Below are positions 23,083 through 38,009 of a DNA stretch of 64,000 nucleotides, in pieces. Below the pieces are notes generated by a model. That model saw only the letters and a program-made list of their open reading frames with translations, did not search any database and was not told the origin of the DNA. Made by a program: the position numbers and the translations under genes. Source of the DNA: Curvularia clavata (lineage: Eukaryota); NCBI GenBank assembly GCA_023920165.1, contig CP089276.1:2418001-2482000 (forward strand), written 5' to 3'. The number at the start of each line of letters is the position of its first letter. The stretch's first letter is position 1.

Positions 23083-26000
23083 ATGAAATACATTAAGGGC
23101 CTTCTGCTGCCCGCCCTGCTGGCATTAGCACCCACGACCACCGCCAAAGACGGGCCGCTCGTCGAGCCGACACCGTTCAAGAATGAGCTCGTCAATCTCA
23201 TGTACTTTGATGACTCTGGAGTCGCCTTGGTACAGGAACTTGACACAGGCAACATATGGAGGTCGCACGATGCCGGTAAGGGCTGGAAACGAATCAAAGA
23301 TCTCCAGGGACTAGGCATAATCAAGAATCCGTTTGATAACAAGGTGGCGTTGGTGCTGAGCGAGAAGAAGCACTGGATCACCTATGATCAGGGAGAGACA
23401 TGGGATAGCTTCGAGACTGAGCTCCCGCCTTCGCCAGGAGGACCGGTGGGCTGGCACGCGCACGATAACAAGAAGATCCTTATCAACGAGATTGAGAATT
23501 GCTTCACTGCGCCATGTCTTGGAAGAGTACGTGTTCCTTCGAGGCTGCTGCAGGCCGCATGGCTAACGTCTGGCAGACATACTACACCACGGATGGCTTC
23601 AAGACCGAGCCCAAGACGCTGATCGAGGACCGTCGAATGTGCCAATGGGCCAAATCTTCCGAAAGATTCCTCGAAGGAATCGACAAGCATAACGATCGCA
23701 TATTGTGTATCACAAGAGGAAAATACTCGGACAGGTCCAAAGACTTCAGGCTCATGGTATCTGATGAGTAGGTGGCGACTGGCTAAGGATGATAGCTATT
23801 GCTAACAGGACACAGCTACTTCAAGAATGCGGAAGAGGCCACCATGTCGTCTGGACGCACAGTACAGGGCATGGCCAACATGGCTGTCGCAAAGGGCTAT
23901 ATCGTTGCCGCTGCAAAGGCCGACCACTCGAGCGAACTCGCCCTCTACGTAACCCAAGACACCGACTCGTGGCATCATGCCCAATTTGGCGATCACAAGA
24001 TCGAAGAAGACGCATACACGATTCTCGAATCTACAAACTACAGCATTCAAGTCGATGTCATGACATCCAAGTATGTGGCGATGGGCAACCTGTACACCAG
24101 CAACTCCAACGGCACGTACTTCACCAAGAATGTCGAGCACACCAACCGTAATGATAACGGCTACGTCGATTTTGAAAAGATTGCGAATATTCAGGGTGTA
24201 GTGCTGGTGAACACGGTCGACAACTACAAGGAGGTTGAAAGGGGCCAAGGCAAGAAGCTCAAGTCACGCATTAGTTTTGATGACGGCAGAACATTTGAGA
24301 AGCTCACCGTCAAGGGCAAAAACGAGGAGCTCCATCTGCATTCTGTTACTAATCTGCACAACAGCGGACGTGTCTTTTCTAGCCCGGCACCAGGAATCGT
24401 CATGGGCGTTGGAAATACAGGCGAATTCCTAGGCAAATACAGCGACGGCGACCTGTACGTTTCCGACGACGCGGGTCTCACGTGGGAACTGGCGCTCGAG
24501 GAGGCGCACAAGTACGAATTCGGTGATCAAGGCTCGGTCTTGGTTGCAGTCTTCGACGAAGGTGACACCGACGAAATCCGATACTCATTCAAGCATGGAC
24601 GAAAGGATACCTGGAAAAAGATCAAACTAGACTACAAGATCCGAGCACGCGAATTGACAACCCTGCCTGACTCGACAAGCCTGAAGTTTATGCTGTACGC
24701 ATCGAAGAAGAAAGAGGGCGGTGGTCGCGAGCACATCATCCTCCACCTTGATTTCAGCGACATGCTCAAGAAGTGTGGGGACGGCGACTTTGATCCTGAA
24801 TGGTCTGTACGAAAAGACGCAGATGGCGATCCAAGCTGTGTTATGGGCCACAAGCAGCTGTTCCGAAGGCGAAAGTGGGATGCCGAGTGTTTCGTTGGCG
24901 AAGTCTTCAAAGACCCGGTCCCGACTTTTAAGCCTTGCGACTGCGACAAGTTCAGGGATTACGAGTGCGACTTTGGCTTTTCCCCGGTTGGAGAAGGAAA
25001 AGACAAGAAATGTGAGCCCGACGATTCCTTCACTCTGCCAAAAGGCGCTTGCGAGGGAGATGCCAAGACGTACAAGGGCAGCTCTGGTTGGCGAAAGATC
25101 CCTGGAAACCAGTGCAAAGGCGAAACAGAGAGGGACAAGGAGGTGGAGCGCGAATGCAAAGATGCTGAGAAGCGGCCGCCTCAAAGCAACGAGATCACCA
25201 AGGAGATTACCAAGTTCAAGGGTAGCGAATTTGTGGAGCAGTACTACCTTGAGCGCAACACTCAGGGTGAAAACACTGGCAATGAGCGAAGCAAAGACGA
25301 GACAGTCGTCATGCTTACCGACGAGCGGACGGCCTGGATCACGCACGATCACGGAAAGAAGTGGAAGAAGGCTATTGACGACGAGATTGTTCGAATCTAT
25401 CCTCACCAATATGAGAATAACAACGTCTACTTCTTGACGGCAGGGAAAAAGGTCTACTACTCCGAAGATCGCGGACTCCACGACAGTATCCACTCGTTCA
25501 ACGCGCCCGCTGTACCCAACAAGGAAATGCTACAGATTATGCAGTTCCATCCCAAACAAAAGGGTTGGATCATCTGGATGGGCGGCAAGAACTGCGAGAA
25601 GGCTGGCAACAAGGACTGCCACACGGTAGCCTATGTCTCTCAGAAGAATGGCGAGGATGATAGCTGGGAGTCTCTCGTGCCGTACGTCAAGAAGTGCATG
25701 TTCGTATGGCGCGAAGCTGGACGTAGTGTCAAAGAGGAGCAGGTCTTTTGCGAACAACACGCGAACGAGGAAATGAATGCGCCCTTGGAGCTCATTTCCA
25801 GTGACGACTGGTTCAAGAAGAAGGACGTCAAGTTCAAGTCGGTTGTCGAATTCGCAACCATGTCGGAGTTCATTGTTGTTGCGACCAAAGGCGAGGATAA
25901 GAGCCTCCGTCTGGACGCCAGCCTGGACGCCAACACCTTCGCCGAGGCCAAGTTCCCTCCAAAGTTTTTCGACGTCCATCAGACTGCATATACGGTCCTC

Positions 26001-27689
26001 GACAGCTCGACACATGCAGTGTTTTTGCACGTGACGGTAAACCCAGCACGAGACCAGGAGTATGGTTCCATCATCAAGAGCAACAGCAACGGTACTTCTT
26101 ATGTCATGAGCTTGAGCGGTGTCAACCGGAACACTGAAGGCTATGTCGACTTTGAGAAGATGCAGGGTCTTGAAGGTGTTGCTGTCGCCAACGTGATTAT
26201 CAACATTCCCGAAGTGGACAAGGGCAGCAAGAAGAAGAAGCAGAGTCGTATCACGCACAACGATGGCGCGGACTGGGAGCCTCTCCAAGCGCCTGCGAAA
26301 GACTCAGACGGCAAGCCGTACGGCTGTGATGTTTCGGACAAGAACAAGTGTGCTCTGCACATTCATGGTTACACCGAGCGCGCCGATCCTCGCGAGATGT
26401 ACTCGTCTCCGACTGCGGTAGGATTGATGCTTGCGGTCGGCAACGTCGGATCAGAGCTGACGACGTTTGGCGAGGCCAACACCTTCATGACCACCGACGC
26501 GGGTATCACATGGAAGGAGATCAAGAAGGGCACCTACGCCTGGGAGTTTGGCGACCAAGGCTCTGTCATCGTCATTGTTCGTCGAGGCGAAGACACCGAC
26601 CATGTGTACTACTCTCTTGACAGCGGCGAAAACTGGAACCTGTACAAGTTCTCGGACCATAAGATTCGGATCGACGCCATCACGACGGTTCCTAGCGATA
26701 CGTCGCTCAACTTCCTTCTCTGGGGCAAGGACAGCAAGGAGCTTGTTGCCGTGAACCTGGACTTCTCGGGTCTGCCAGAGTTCAGCAAGGAGTGCAAGCT
26801 CGACGAGCATGATCCTACTCGGGGTGACTATGATCTCTGGAGCCCACAGCACCCTCTCCAGCAAGAACAACCCGAATGTCTATTTGGCCATGTCGCGCAG
26901 TACCACCGCAAGAAGCGAGGCGTCAAGTGCCGCAACGCACAGCGCATTGATCAGATGCACGACATTGCACGCAACTGCTCCTGCACTCGGCGTGACTATG
27001 AATGGTAAGTTTATTATTTCGGGAGAGGAGCTCATGTGCAAAGATACTAATTGCCTTTTAATAGTGCATACAACTACGAACGCGACGCCAGCGGCGACTG
27101 CGTACTGGTCCCTGGCCTTGAACTCCCGGACGCCTCTGCCGTGTGCAAGAACAAAGGCGTCAAGGAATACTGGTCCAACAGCCGATTCCGCAAGATCCCA
27201 CTGTCTACATGCGAGGGCGGGACTGAGTTCGACAAGACCGGTGATGTGCACCCTTGCCCCGGATTCGAAGAGGATTTCCAGAAGAAGCACGGCATTGGAG
27301 GCTTCTCGCTCTTCTTGGCTATTGTGCTGCCCTTTGCAGCGGCGGGAGGAATCGGATACTATGTCTGGCGCAACTGGGACGGCAAGTTTGGCCGGATCCG
27401 GTTGGGTGAGGGCGGCGGTGGCAGTGGCGTGTTTGACAGCGATGCGCCGTGGGTCCGGTGGTCGATTGCAGCCATCTCTGGGGTTGTGGCCGTTGTGGCT
27501 GCGCTGCCGCTGCTGGTTGGCAGTGTGTGGAGGTGGGCGGCGGGCCGGATGGGCGGCGGTGGTGGCTACGGCGGTTACGGCCGGACGTACACATCCCGCA
27601 GCAGTTTTGCCAGAGGAAGAGGCGACTATGCCATAGTGGATGCTGACGAGGGGGAGCTGCTGGGTGATGAGAGTGACGAGGATGTTTAA
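23083..27689 (+). CDS. VPS10: Vacuolar sorting receptor Vps10/Pep1, 4 exons
   Basis: Signal peptide, two VPS10 domains with Asp-box repeats (SxDxGxTW), Cys-rich 10CC modules, transmembrane helix and acidic tail. Confidence 0.96.
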
Positions 27690-30131
27690 AGTGAATTAGG
27701 GGTTTGTTTGCTACGTATGTTCTCTTTTACCTAGGCAAGGCAGGGTGGGTGGATGGATATGAGGAAGAGAAATGGGATTGTCTGGTTTGCTTTGGTCAAC
27801 GGACGGGCGGGCAGACACGGATGATGTCAATGAGGCAGGAGGGTGGTGTGGTATGGTGTTGGGCAGAAACAATGGAATGCTAGATCGATTGTACAATTAC
27901 AACATGTACAATTCTTGTCTGTATGAGTATGTAGGCCATGTTGATATGATTGGTTTGGTTCTTCTTCTACCGTTCTTTCTAGAAGCTCATGGATGTATGA
28001 TGCCTGTCTATATTCGAGTGTCTATTCAAGGCTACCTTTCCGATGGTGGCGATGACGGACAGGGGCGGTCCAGGGAAATAGGTTTCACGACAAGGGTTCT
28101 ACGATTGCTTTCTTGTTCGTCAAGTTGTTTTTTTTTCAACTTCTGGTTCTTTTCCGCATTGGACCCTGGCACGGTTTCAACGGCGATGAGATCGGCGGCT
28201 TGTGTTTCTCTGCGGTACGTGTGAATGTCTTGGAGATACGCAGATCGATCGAACGCAGTGAGTCAGTCAGCTAGATAGCCTTTGTATTTAAAAACAAGCC
28301 TGTAGATGATCGGAAAGCATATCTTGTAGTGGACTTGTTTTTGTGAGGTTTACTGAGCCGAATGTTCTCTTGTTCTTCACTACTAGAACAAAGCAGAGTC
28401 GCACTCCAGGATGCCAAGTCCCGAGGCCGCGCGTAACGGGAGAAGAAAAGAATGGTCATGGAATAAGTAAGCAGCCGAACATGACCAAAAGATGTATCTG
28501 TAACCACACAAGAACCGGGGGCGGCGCAAAAGGAAGAACAAGCTCTGGGCGTCAAAGTCTTGTAATGGTGTCTGCCGGAAAACTGGAGCAATATTGTACA
28601 AACGTACTATAATTTTTTGGGGCTCCATCGGGATCCATTGGCTCGGGGAAATACATTTTGGCCCATGCTGATCTCTATTTAGTGGCGACAATTAGGAGGA
28701 TTTTTTTCCTTTGGCCCTTTATTACTTGATGGATAGCTGCGTTAGATTTGCTAGCGGAGTGTGGTTTCACGCGCCGCCACTTTAGCCCAGTTGGGCACTG
28801 TGGTGCGGGTGTACTAGCCATGATTGGGCGCAGATAGATTGGGGGGCCAGGGTAATGCGGCTAGAGGGAAGGGCGAGAGCACCGGGCCTGGTGGGTGGGT
28901 GAGGCGCAGGCTTGGTTAGCAACACTGGGGTGTTCACGCATGCAGGTCGTATATCCGAAGAAAGGCATAGACGAAGGAAGATTAGGCATATAGTGGGTTG
29001 TTCTGCGCGTTTATGCCGGAGTGCCGAGGTGAACGGATCGAAGGGCATGGGTTGGACCAGGCGCAGTGGATGTGAGTTATGCGCCGGATGAGTTTGTTGG
29101 GGGACTGAGGCTGGCCAAAGGGGTTGATTGGCGCTGGTGTGCGCACAGCGTTTCTAATGCGTGCTATTTTACGCCTCGAAACCGGTCTACGGGTAGCATG
29201 AGTCGGGCATGAAACGACAGGGAAGACGAGCGACGGAGATGCGGCTACGGGCAGGGCCACGCACCGCGAGAATGTGGTGCCATGTCAGGACAGACTGGAG
29301 TTATACATAGTGTACACGACTGATTGACATTGTGCAGTAGCACAAATTCGAGTCGCTGGATGCGGAGACGTCTAGTGGCAACGGCTGGTAGGACGAGTAG
29401 GGGTGTTGTGGCCCACTGAGGGTGAAACGGTGGACGAACATGTGTGGCCCTGTGCGTGTTTGGTTTTGTGCCGGTGCGAGTGCCAACGACTGGAGAGGCG
29501 GTGCCGACATGTCAGACGGAAGAGGCAGAGGGACGCCTGCATTGGGCAGTGTAGAGCCGGAGGAGAGGCGTTGCAGGCATTGACGGTGGCCGAGTGCATG
29601 AATCTGAGCATGGCGGGCCAGGCGCGCGCAGAGGCGAGATGAAGGCATGGATGGGGGCTAGTCCCGATTGGGCGTGGCGGCGGCTGCCCCACGCCGTTTC
29701 AGGCACTGCAGCCAACGGGAGCCAACACGGCTCGCTGCAAAGAGACAGCGTGCTGCTCGCCGTCAGGGCGGCATCGTGTCGTGCTCACCAATGTCAGGCT
29801 TGGCCAAGCTCCACGCCGTGTTTCAGACCCTCCCGCCTGTACGCTGCGCTTGGTCGCCATGGCCTCGCTGCTGCGACGCGCCAGCGACTACATCAAGTCT
29901 CGCCCGCCACAGCCAGTCTGCCTCCCATTCACTCTTTTCTCTGCATCGGCCTGGGTCCTTCCTTCCTCTCGCTTCTATTCATTAGCTCTTCACCCTCTCT
30001 TGCTTCGGCACTCCCTTCTTTCGCTCCCCTCGCTTCACTTTACAACTCACCTTCTTTCCCCGCGTGCTGGCACACGTCTTGGCCGATACGTCAATCCCTT
30101 CAGACTTGTTGCCTGACACACGCCTTGCTCG

Positions 30132-30337
30132 GTAAGCTCTTATATCCTCCTCGCCCAGCCATAATTCCACACCATCCCAGTAGGGCTTGACAATTCCTAC
30201 TACGCACCACTGGGCTGGCCTCCAAGGCCACTCTCTCCCTCATTATCCTTTGTCTCCTCACAACACTGCCTCCTCTTGCTCTAGTGTTTCACCCATCGTT
30301 TGTCCACAGCAGAGCTGCCACTAACCCGCCACCACAG
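30132..30337 (+). other. Probable 5'-UTR intron of the subtilisin gene
   Basis: gtaagc donor at 30132, CTAAC branch at 30321, cag acceptor ending 30337, downstream of a pyrimidine-rich TSS-like region. Confidence 0.65.
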
Positions 30338-30430
30338 TGCTCTTCCATTCACTTGGAGTCCGCAAGTCTTCCCTTCTACTCTCATTCATACAACCCTTTT
30401 TTCCAGGACAGGATCCATTCTGTAATCACC

Positions 30431-31843
30431 ATGAAGTCTTTCTTCGCCGTTGCAACCGGCCTCTTGGCCACATGCTCCTCTGTGCTTGCTGCCCCCTCCA
30501 ACCAGGGCTTCATCAACAAGTACACTCTCCCCGCCAACCACTCGACTGAACTCAAGGAGTACATTGTCACCTGGTGGCGCAATGAGACAGTCCCAGAGCC
30601 CATTGAAAAGTACATGGATGCCCTCGAGCTTAACAAGGACGGCGACACCATCCTCTTCGAGTCGAGTCCAGGCGTCAACCCCCGTGTCGTTGTTCTCAAG
30701 ATGTGTGACGACCATGCCCGCATCTTCCAGAGCATGGCTGAGATTAACGTTGTCGAAGAGAAGGCCCAGGTCAAGTCATTCGTCACCGAGCGTGATGGTT
30801 CTCCATGGGGTCTCCAGCGCATCTCCAGCGCCGCTGGCGCCCGCGGATCTCCCCAGGGCCAGGACTTTACCTACTCTTTCGACGACTCCAAGCTTGGTGC
30901 TGGTGTCGACATCTACATTGTTGATACCGGTGTCCGCACCTCCCACGCTGTCTTCACTGGTCGTGCCACCCAGGGTTTTACTGCCACTGGCTCGTTTGTC
31001 GACGGTGACGGCCACGGTACTCACGTTGCTGGTACCGCTGGTGGCGCCAAGTTCGGTGTCGCCCAGGGCGCCAACATTATTGAAGTCAAGGTCCTCGGAG
31101 ACGACGGATCTGGTGCTTCTTCCGACACGATCCGTGGTATGGACTGGGTCATCGCCAGGCACAACAAGCGCAAGACCGAGCCTGGCTTCGTTGGCTCCAT
31201 CATGAGCATGTCTTGGGGTCTGCAGGGTACCGCCAACTCCGTCGACGAGGTCATTGCTGGTGCTTCCGAGGCTGGCATCCATGTTTCGGTCGCTGCTGGA
31301 AACGATGGCCAGGACGCCTGCGGTAGCACTCCTGCTCACCTCGGTGGTGCCAACTCCAACGTTGTCACCGTCGGCTCCGTCAACATTAACAACAAGATCT
31401 CCTCCTTCTCCAACATTGGAAAGTGCGTTGACATCTACGCCCCCGGTGAGCAGATTCTCAGCTCCTGGTCTACTGGCGACAACGTCATCAACTTCCTTTC
31501 CGGCACCTCCATGGCCTGCCCCCACACCACTGGTGTCATGGCTTACCTCATGACTGAGGATGTTGCCGGTCTTGGTCAGAACCCTGCTGCGCTCAAGGCC
31601 AAGCTTCTCCAGACTGCTCGCCAGGGTCTGATCTCTGGTAACACCGGAGGAAGCGCCAACCTGCTCCTCAGCAATGGCGTTAGCGGTAACGTCGCCAAGC
31701 GTCTCGTCAAGAACTACGTCGTCCCAGACCACAGCGGTCTCAACGGCAGCCCCGCAGCCCGCGCTGCTGCCGCCATGGCCAACGATGTGACCATCGACAA
31801 GCGCTTCCAGCTTCACTCGCGAGACGTCCAGCTCCGTTTCTAA
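30431..31843 (+). CDS. Secreted subtilisin-like (S8A, proteinase K-like) serine protease; coding region has no intron
   Basis: Signal peptide MKSFFAVATGLLATCSSVLA, prodomain, PWGLQRIS, catalytic IVDTG / HGTHVAGT / GTSMACPH, AAGN oxyanion motif; strong C-ending codon bias. Confidence 0.95.
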   Translation: MKSFFAVATGLLATCSSVLAAPSNQGFINKYTLPANHSTELKEYIVTWWRNETVPEPIEKYMDALELNKDGDTILFESSPGVNPRVVVLKMCDDHARIFQSMAEINVVEEKAQVKSFVTERDGSPWGLQRISSAAGARGSPQGQDFTYSFDDSKLGAGVDIYIVDTGVRTSHAVFTGRATQGFTATGSFVDGDGHGTHVAGTAGGAKFGVAQGANIIEVKVLGDDGSGASSDTIRGMDWVIARHNKRKTEPGFVGSIMSMSWGLQGTANSVDEVIAGASEAGIHVSVAAGNDGQDACGSTPAHLGGANSNVVTVGSVNINNKISSFSNIGKCVDIYAPGEQILSSWSTGDNVINFLSGTSMACPHTTGVMAYLMTEDVAGLGQNPAALKAKLLQTARQGLISGNTGGSANLLLSNGVSGNVAKRLVKNYVVPDHSGLNGSPAARAAAAMANDVTIDKRFQLHSRDVQLRF

Positions 31844-32822
31844 ACGCCAGATCACACACATGAGAGCATAGCAGTTGGCATAATACCCCCAGTTTCATTC
31901 TTGGAGTCTTGCCTCCAACCCAAAAATATAAAATCACGGCCAGCTCTGCCTCATTTCTGCGCCTCTTTTTTCCTCTAATAATTCAAGAAATCTACCTGCA
32001 TCAGCGTGGAACATGCATAGCCTGTTTTTCCTCTTGTTTTGCCTGACATGGCTAAAACAAAAGTCTGTCAGACAATCTAATTTCATTGTCAATACTTTTT
32101 TCTTAACCTCGATTGTATCACACCTTGCCGATCCGCGCGGTTTGTGAAAACAAACAAATACGTACAAAAAAAAAGGCTTGGGGCTGACAAAGAGAATCCC
32201 TGAGACAAACGCCCTTTGTTTTTTTCTTCTCGGAACTTAACGTCTCCAATGTGTAGTAGCCAAGCCCTTTAGAGGTTTTAGGATGCAAATGTATGAATTT
32301 ACCATCTCCATCGACTTTGCCACTTGCCAAATCTCCTGTGATTACTGCTACTACCCTTGTCCTGGCCCCCGAGTGCACATACATCCCTCGCTTATCGTAG
32401 TCGTCGTCTTGTGAAGTATTGGCGCCATGGAAAAAGCGCCCGACCATGGCGCTTACGAGTACGACACGGCACTTGAGGGTAGCGCTTACTCCAAGCTTTC
32501 GGATAGATACGAATAACTTCACCCTTAATGCTACTTCCAATCATTATCTGTTTGTACTAGGTACTTTAATAATCTGACCACGGTTTATCCCAGCAAAAAA
32601 AAAAAAAGTCGAGACATAGAATCCAGAATGTGACGTTGACTTGAGGATAATAATTTGATTCTGATTTTCCAACAACTAGAACTAACTACCTTTCAAACAT
32701 GCTAAAACATGCACCGCCAATCCCCGATTGATTGGCAAAATGTACATAAAATACAAAACATCTTTCTCTTGCTATGCTTGTTATTGCTACGGCTCAAACA
32801 CTTTGTTTCTCTCTTTCTGAAT

Positions 32823-35072
32823 CTAGTAGGTACGCTTGAATGGTGGGACAGCCTTGCACTCGGCCTCGTCAAGCGTGGTACCAGTAACCGCCCTGTAGCC
32901 AAGCTTCGTCTCGCCGTGTGGCTGCTTCTGCCATGACAGTGTGTGCTTCATCCATTGCTCGTCGTCACGCTCGGGGTAATCCTCACGGGCGTGCGCACCT
33001 CTCGACTCCTTGCGGTTGGCAGCAGACTCGGCCGTCTGGACGGCGCAGGTGAGCAGGTTTCGCAGTTCAAGCGTCTCGACAAGGTCAGAGTTCCAGATCA
33101 TGCTGCGGTCCTTGATACCGACGTTGGCAAAGTCAGCATCAACCTCACGAATCTTCTTGACACCCTCGTCAAGCGACTCTTGAGTTCGGAACACAGCAAC
33201 GTCAGTCTGCATGACCTTTTGCATTTGTAGGCGGACCTCGGCGGTGGACTTGGGACCATCCGAATTGCGGATCTGGTCCAAGACGGAGATAGAGTCGGCA
33301 CCAGCATCAGCAGATACTGGGTCAGCAGTCTGGCCAGGGCTGAAGTTGTCGCGGATGGTGTGGGAAACAGCACGGCCAAAGACGACAAGATCGAGCAGAG
33401 AGTTGGCACCAAGACGGTTGGCACCGTGGACGGATACACAAGCAGCTTCACCGCAAGCGAACAGACCAGGAACAACTTTGTCGTTGCCTTGGGCGTCCTG
33501 GGTGAGAACTTCACCAGTGTACTTGGTTGGGATACCACCCATGTTGTAGTGCACAGTAGGAAGGACGGGAATGGGCTGCTTAGTGACGTCGACACCAGCG
33601 AAAATGGCGGCTGTCTCGGAGATACCAGGAAGACGCTCGTGGAGGACCTCAGGAGGCAGGTGGCTGAGTTGGAGGTAGATATGGTCCTTCTCAGGACCGA
33701 CACCACGACCTTCACGGATTTCAAGGGTCATAGAACGGGAAACAACGTCACGGGAGGCAAGATCCTTGGCGGTGGGTGCATAACGCTCCATGAATCGCTC
33801 ACCCTCGGAGTTGAGAAGGTAACCACCTTCTCCGCGGGATCCCTCGGTGATCAAGCAACCGGCACCGTAGATACCAGTGGGGTGGAACTGAACGAACTCC
33901 ATGTCCTGGTTGGGAAGACCTGCGCGAGCAACCATGGCCATACCGTCACCAGTGCAAGTGTGAGCCGATGTGCAGCTGAAGTAGGCACGTCCGTAACCAC
34001 CAGTGGCCAAAACAGTGTTCTTAGCGATGAAACGGTGAATGGTTCCGTCCTCCTGGTTGTAGGCAACAACGCCCTTGCAGACGCCATCCTCCATGATCAG
34101 GTCAGTGGCGAAGAATTCGATGAAGTACTTGGTGTTGTGGCGCAGAGATTGTCCGTAGAGCGTGTGCAGAAGGGCGTGGCCCGTTCGGTCGGCAGCAGCA
34201 CAGCAGCGGTATGCTTGTCCTCCCTTTCCATATTTCTGCGACTGTCCACCGAAAGCACGCTGGTAACTGAAAAACAAGGTCAGCATGCCACCATAGTCTG
34301 GAACTCTGAAAAAACATACATCTTTCCGTCATCGGTTCTTGAGAATGGGCAACCGTAGTTCTCAAGCTCAATGACTGACTGGGGCGCCTCTCGTGTCATG
34401 TAGTGAATGGCATCCTGGTCACCAAGCCAATCTGAGCCCTTGACAGTATCGTACATGTGCCACCTCCAGTCGTCCTCGTGCATGCTACACATGTATTTTA
34501 GCCCTCTCGTACTTGTCTTTCATCTACTGCTTGTACCTACTTTCCAAGCGCTGCGTTGATACCACCCTGGGCAGCTACCGTGTGCGATCGAGTGGGGAAA
34601 AGCTTTGATATACAAGCCGTGTTGAAGCCCGCCTCGGCGAGACCAAATGCTGCTCGCAGACCAGCTCCTCCAGCACCGACAACAATGGCATCGTATTGGT
34701 GATCAATGACAGGGTACTTGCTGGAAATGAAGCCTGACGCTTCCTTTGCTCGCAGGTTCTCGGTAGCGATCACACGCTGGAAGGGTCGGGTCGAAGAGAA
34801 AGCTCGTGTGCTTGGGCGGAAACTCCTCGCGAGCTGTCGTGGAAGACATTAGCCATTGGACTATCTAGGGGATTGTAGAGCGTGTAATGGCGCCGCTTGG
34901 GACTGGTGGTGTTGCAGCCCGCTATGCGACTGTCTGCCAACGCCATGTGGGATGTGGCACACGCCTCGGTGCGGCGGATGCTGGTCGTCGGCCGGCAACA
35001 GGTGATCGAGGGGGCTGGCAGGAGACTTACCTGGCTTGCAAGCTGCGTGCGACGCATCCTGAGACAACTCAT
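32823..35072 (-). CDS. SDH1: Succinate dehydrogenase flavoprotein subunit, 4 exons
   Basis: Mitochondrial presequence, [22 protein letters not shown] (FAD-His), [27 protein letters not shown]. Confidence 0.98.
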
Positions 35073-36102
35073 ATTGGCGGTAGCCGAAGAGCGAAGGACA
35101 GGCGGAATGGCGAGAGGTCCTGGGGGTTTGATGTTGGAGGTCGATGATGGCAGTTGCGACCGACGCTCTACTTACAAACTAAAATCGGGCAGCGCCTATT
35201 GGATCGGTAAGCCTCGGTTGCATCGCCGTCCAGCTACCTCTCATCCCGGCTTTTCTTCTTGATGAACGTTTACCCTCTCTATGTACCTAAGGGTCGTGTG
35301 TACACACACCACTCACCGTCTTGCTGAATTGCTTCGAGTTGTTTTGTACTTGTCATTGAGCATCAGGAACGCCTACACCGCGTGTGGACAGGTGGCATAA
35401 CGGTCGGTTTTTGGCAACATGTGCAAATCTGGCACCCTATCCTAGTACTCTCCCAAGGCCGCCTCAAGGGACGATTGCTGGCAAAGAGGCATGTGGTGGC
35501 CACTGTGTTAGCCGGGATAAGTCGCAATTGTCTGGCCCGACAACTGTTGCCGCTGGCACTCAAGATATGGGGCTTAATTCGTCCGCGTCATAGACGTTCT
35601 CGAATGATCACATGGCCAGTCCCCAGCCATTAAATATGGAAATTTCCCCCGAATGTCAAATTTCTCGTATAGCCGGCACCAACTAACGGGATCAAACATG
35701 ATTTCTCCAATGTCAAAATGCAACCTCAGCAGCAAGCACGAGATACGCTCTTACTATCGCTTTGTTGAGGTTCTCTTGTTATGTGTAACTACTAGAAACT
35801 CTCTCGTAATCATTGTTTTGCCACTTTCTTTGATTTCGAACGGCACATATGCTTCGGTAAAGGGCCAACAACTACACACTTCCAATGGTGCAAAAATCAG
35901 CTCACGAGAGTGGCTGCACCACCAAAAACGACTAAAGTATCACGCAAAATACAAACAAGTGACATGAATTTTGAATTGGGGAATCGTTGAATTTTTGTTC
36001 AATCGCTCATGACTGGCATCCATGTTATAGACCTATCCCGTGCGCCAAAGCCCATGAGAACAAATGCATGCACTCCGAACCACCACAATAACCTCAAGCC
36101 TC

Positions 36103-37467
<1,365 letters not shown>

Positions 37468-38009
37468 TTAGTAGAATCGAAGTTGTCGAAGAAGTTCGAT
37501 TGAGAGGACAGACGAATATTGTTGTGGGCAGAGCGAGCGGACGGCGCTAGCCACAAGCGGCATGGGCGGCTTTCCGTCGCCCGGGTCTTGGCAGTTTGGA
37601 GGTTGGACAGCCCCCCACTAAGCAGTGAATCGAGGTATCACCCAACACGCTCTGTTTCTGTACCTGCGCTGCTGTTGCTTGCCTTGTCGCCCGCCGCCGT
37701 TACTTCGCTGTCCTGTCGAGTCGAGTCTCCCCACGTCTCAGATACACGTCTGCCACCCGCTAGCCCCCGCCATTGCCCACGCACGCACACATACCCCCCA
37801 GCAGACACCGCTCCCACCACTACATCATCTGCCATCACCCACCACCCTCGCCCATCGACGCCGGCAGCGCTGTCGCATCCCCCGGCCTCCGCACAAGCTT
37901 GACGACCTACCTGATTGCTCATCGAGCATCTCCACCCCACACGACACTCCAAAGCGCTCGCTATACCTGATCGCACTCCGCTGGCGTTCGGCGACCCTTG
38001 TCAAGAATC

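Noticed and set aside
30776..31861. 361-aa antisense ORF over the subtilisin, and similar antisense ORFs over SDH1, RPL3 and VPS10
   Set aside because: Expected by-product of strong C-ending codon bias on the sense strand; no recognisable motifs.
32175..32250. ggggctg...ctgaga resembling a TPP riboswitch
   Set aside because: Lacks the downstream conserved TGAT/TAAT..CAGCG elements, and no thiamine gene is adjacent.
32225..32262. cttctcgg...gtgtagta resembling the U2 snRNA 5' end
   Set aside because: The highly conserved intervening and downstream U2 sequence does not match; chance similarity.
35259..35327. TGATGA...CTGA pair resembling a box C/D snoRNA
   Set aside because: Imperfect C box, no terminal stem, and no rRNA complementarity that I can recognise.
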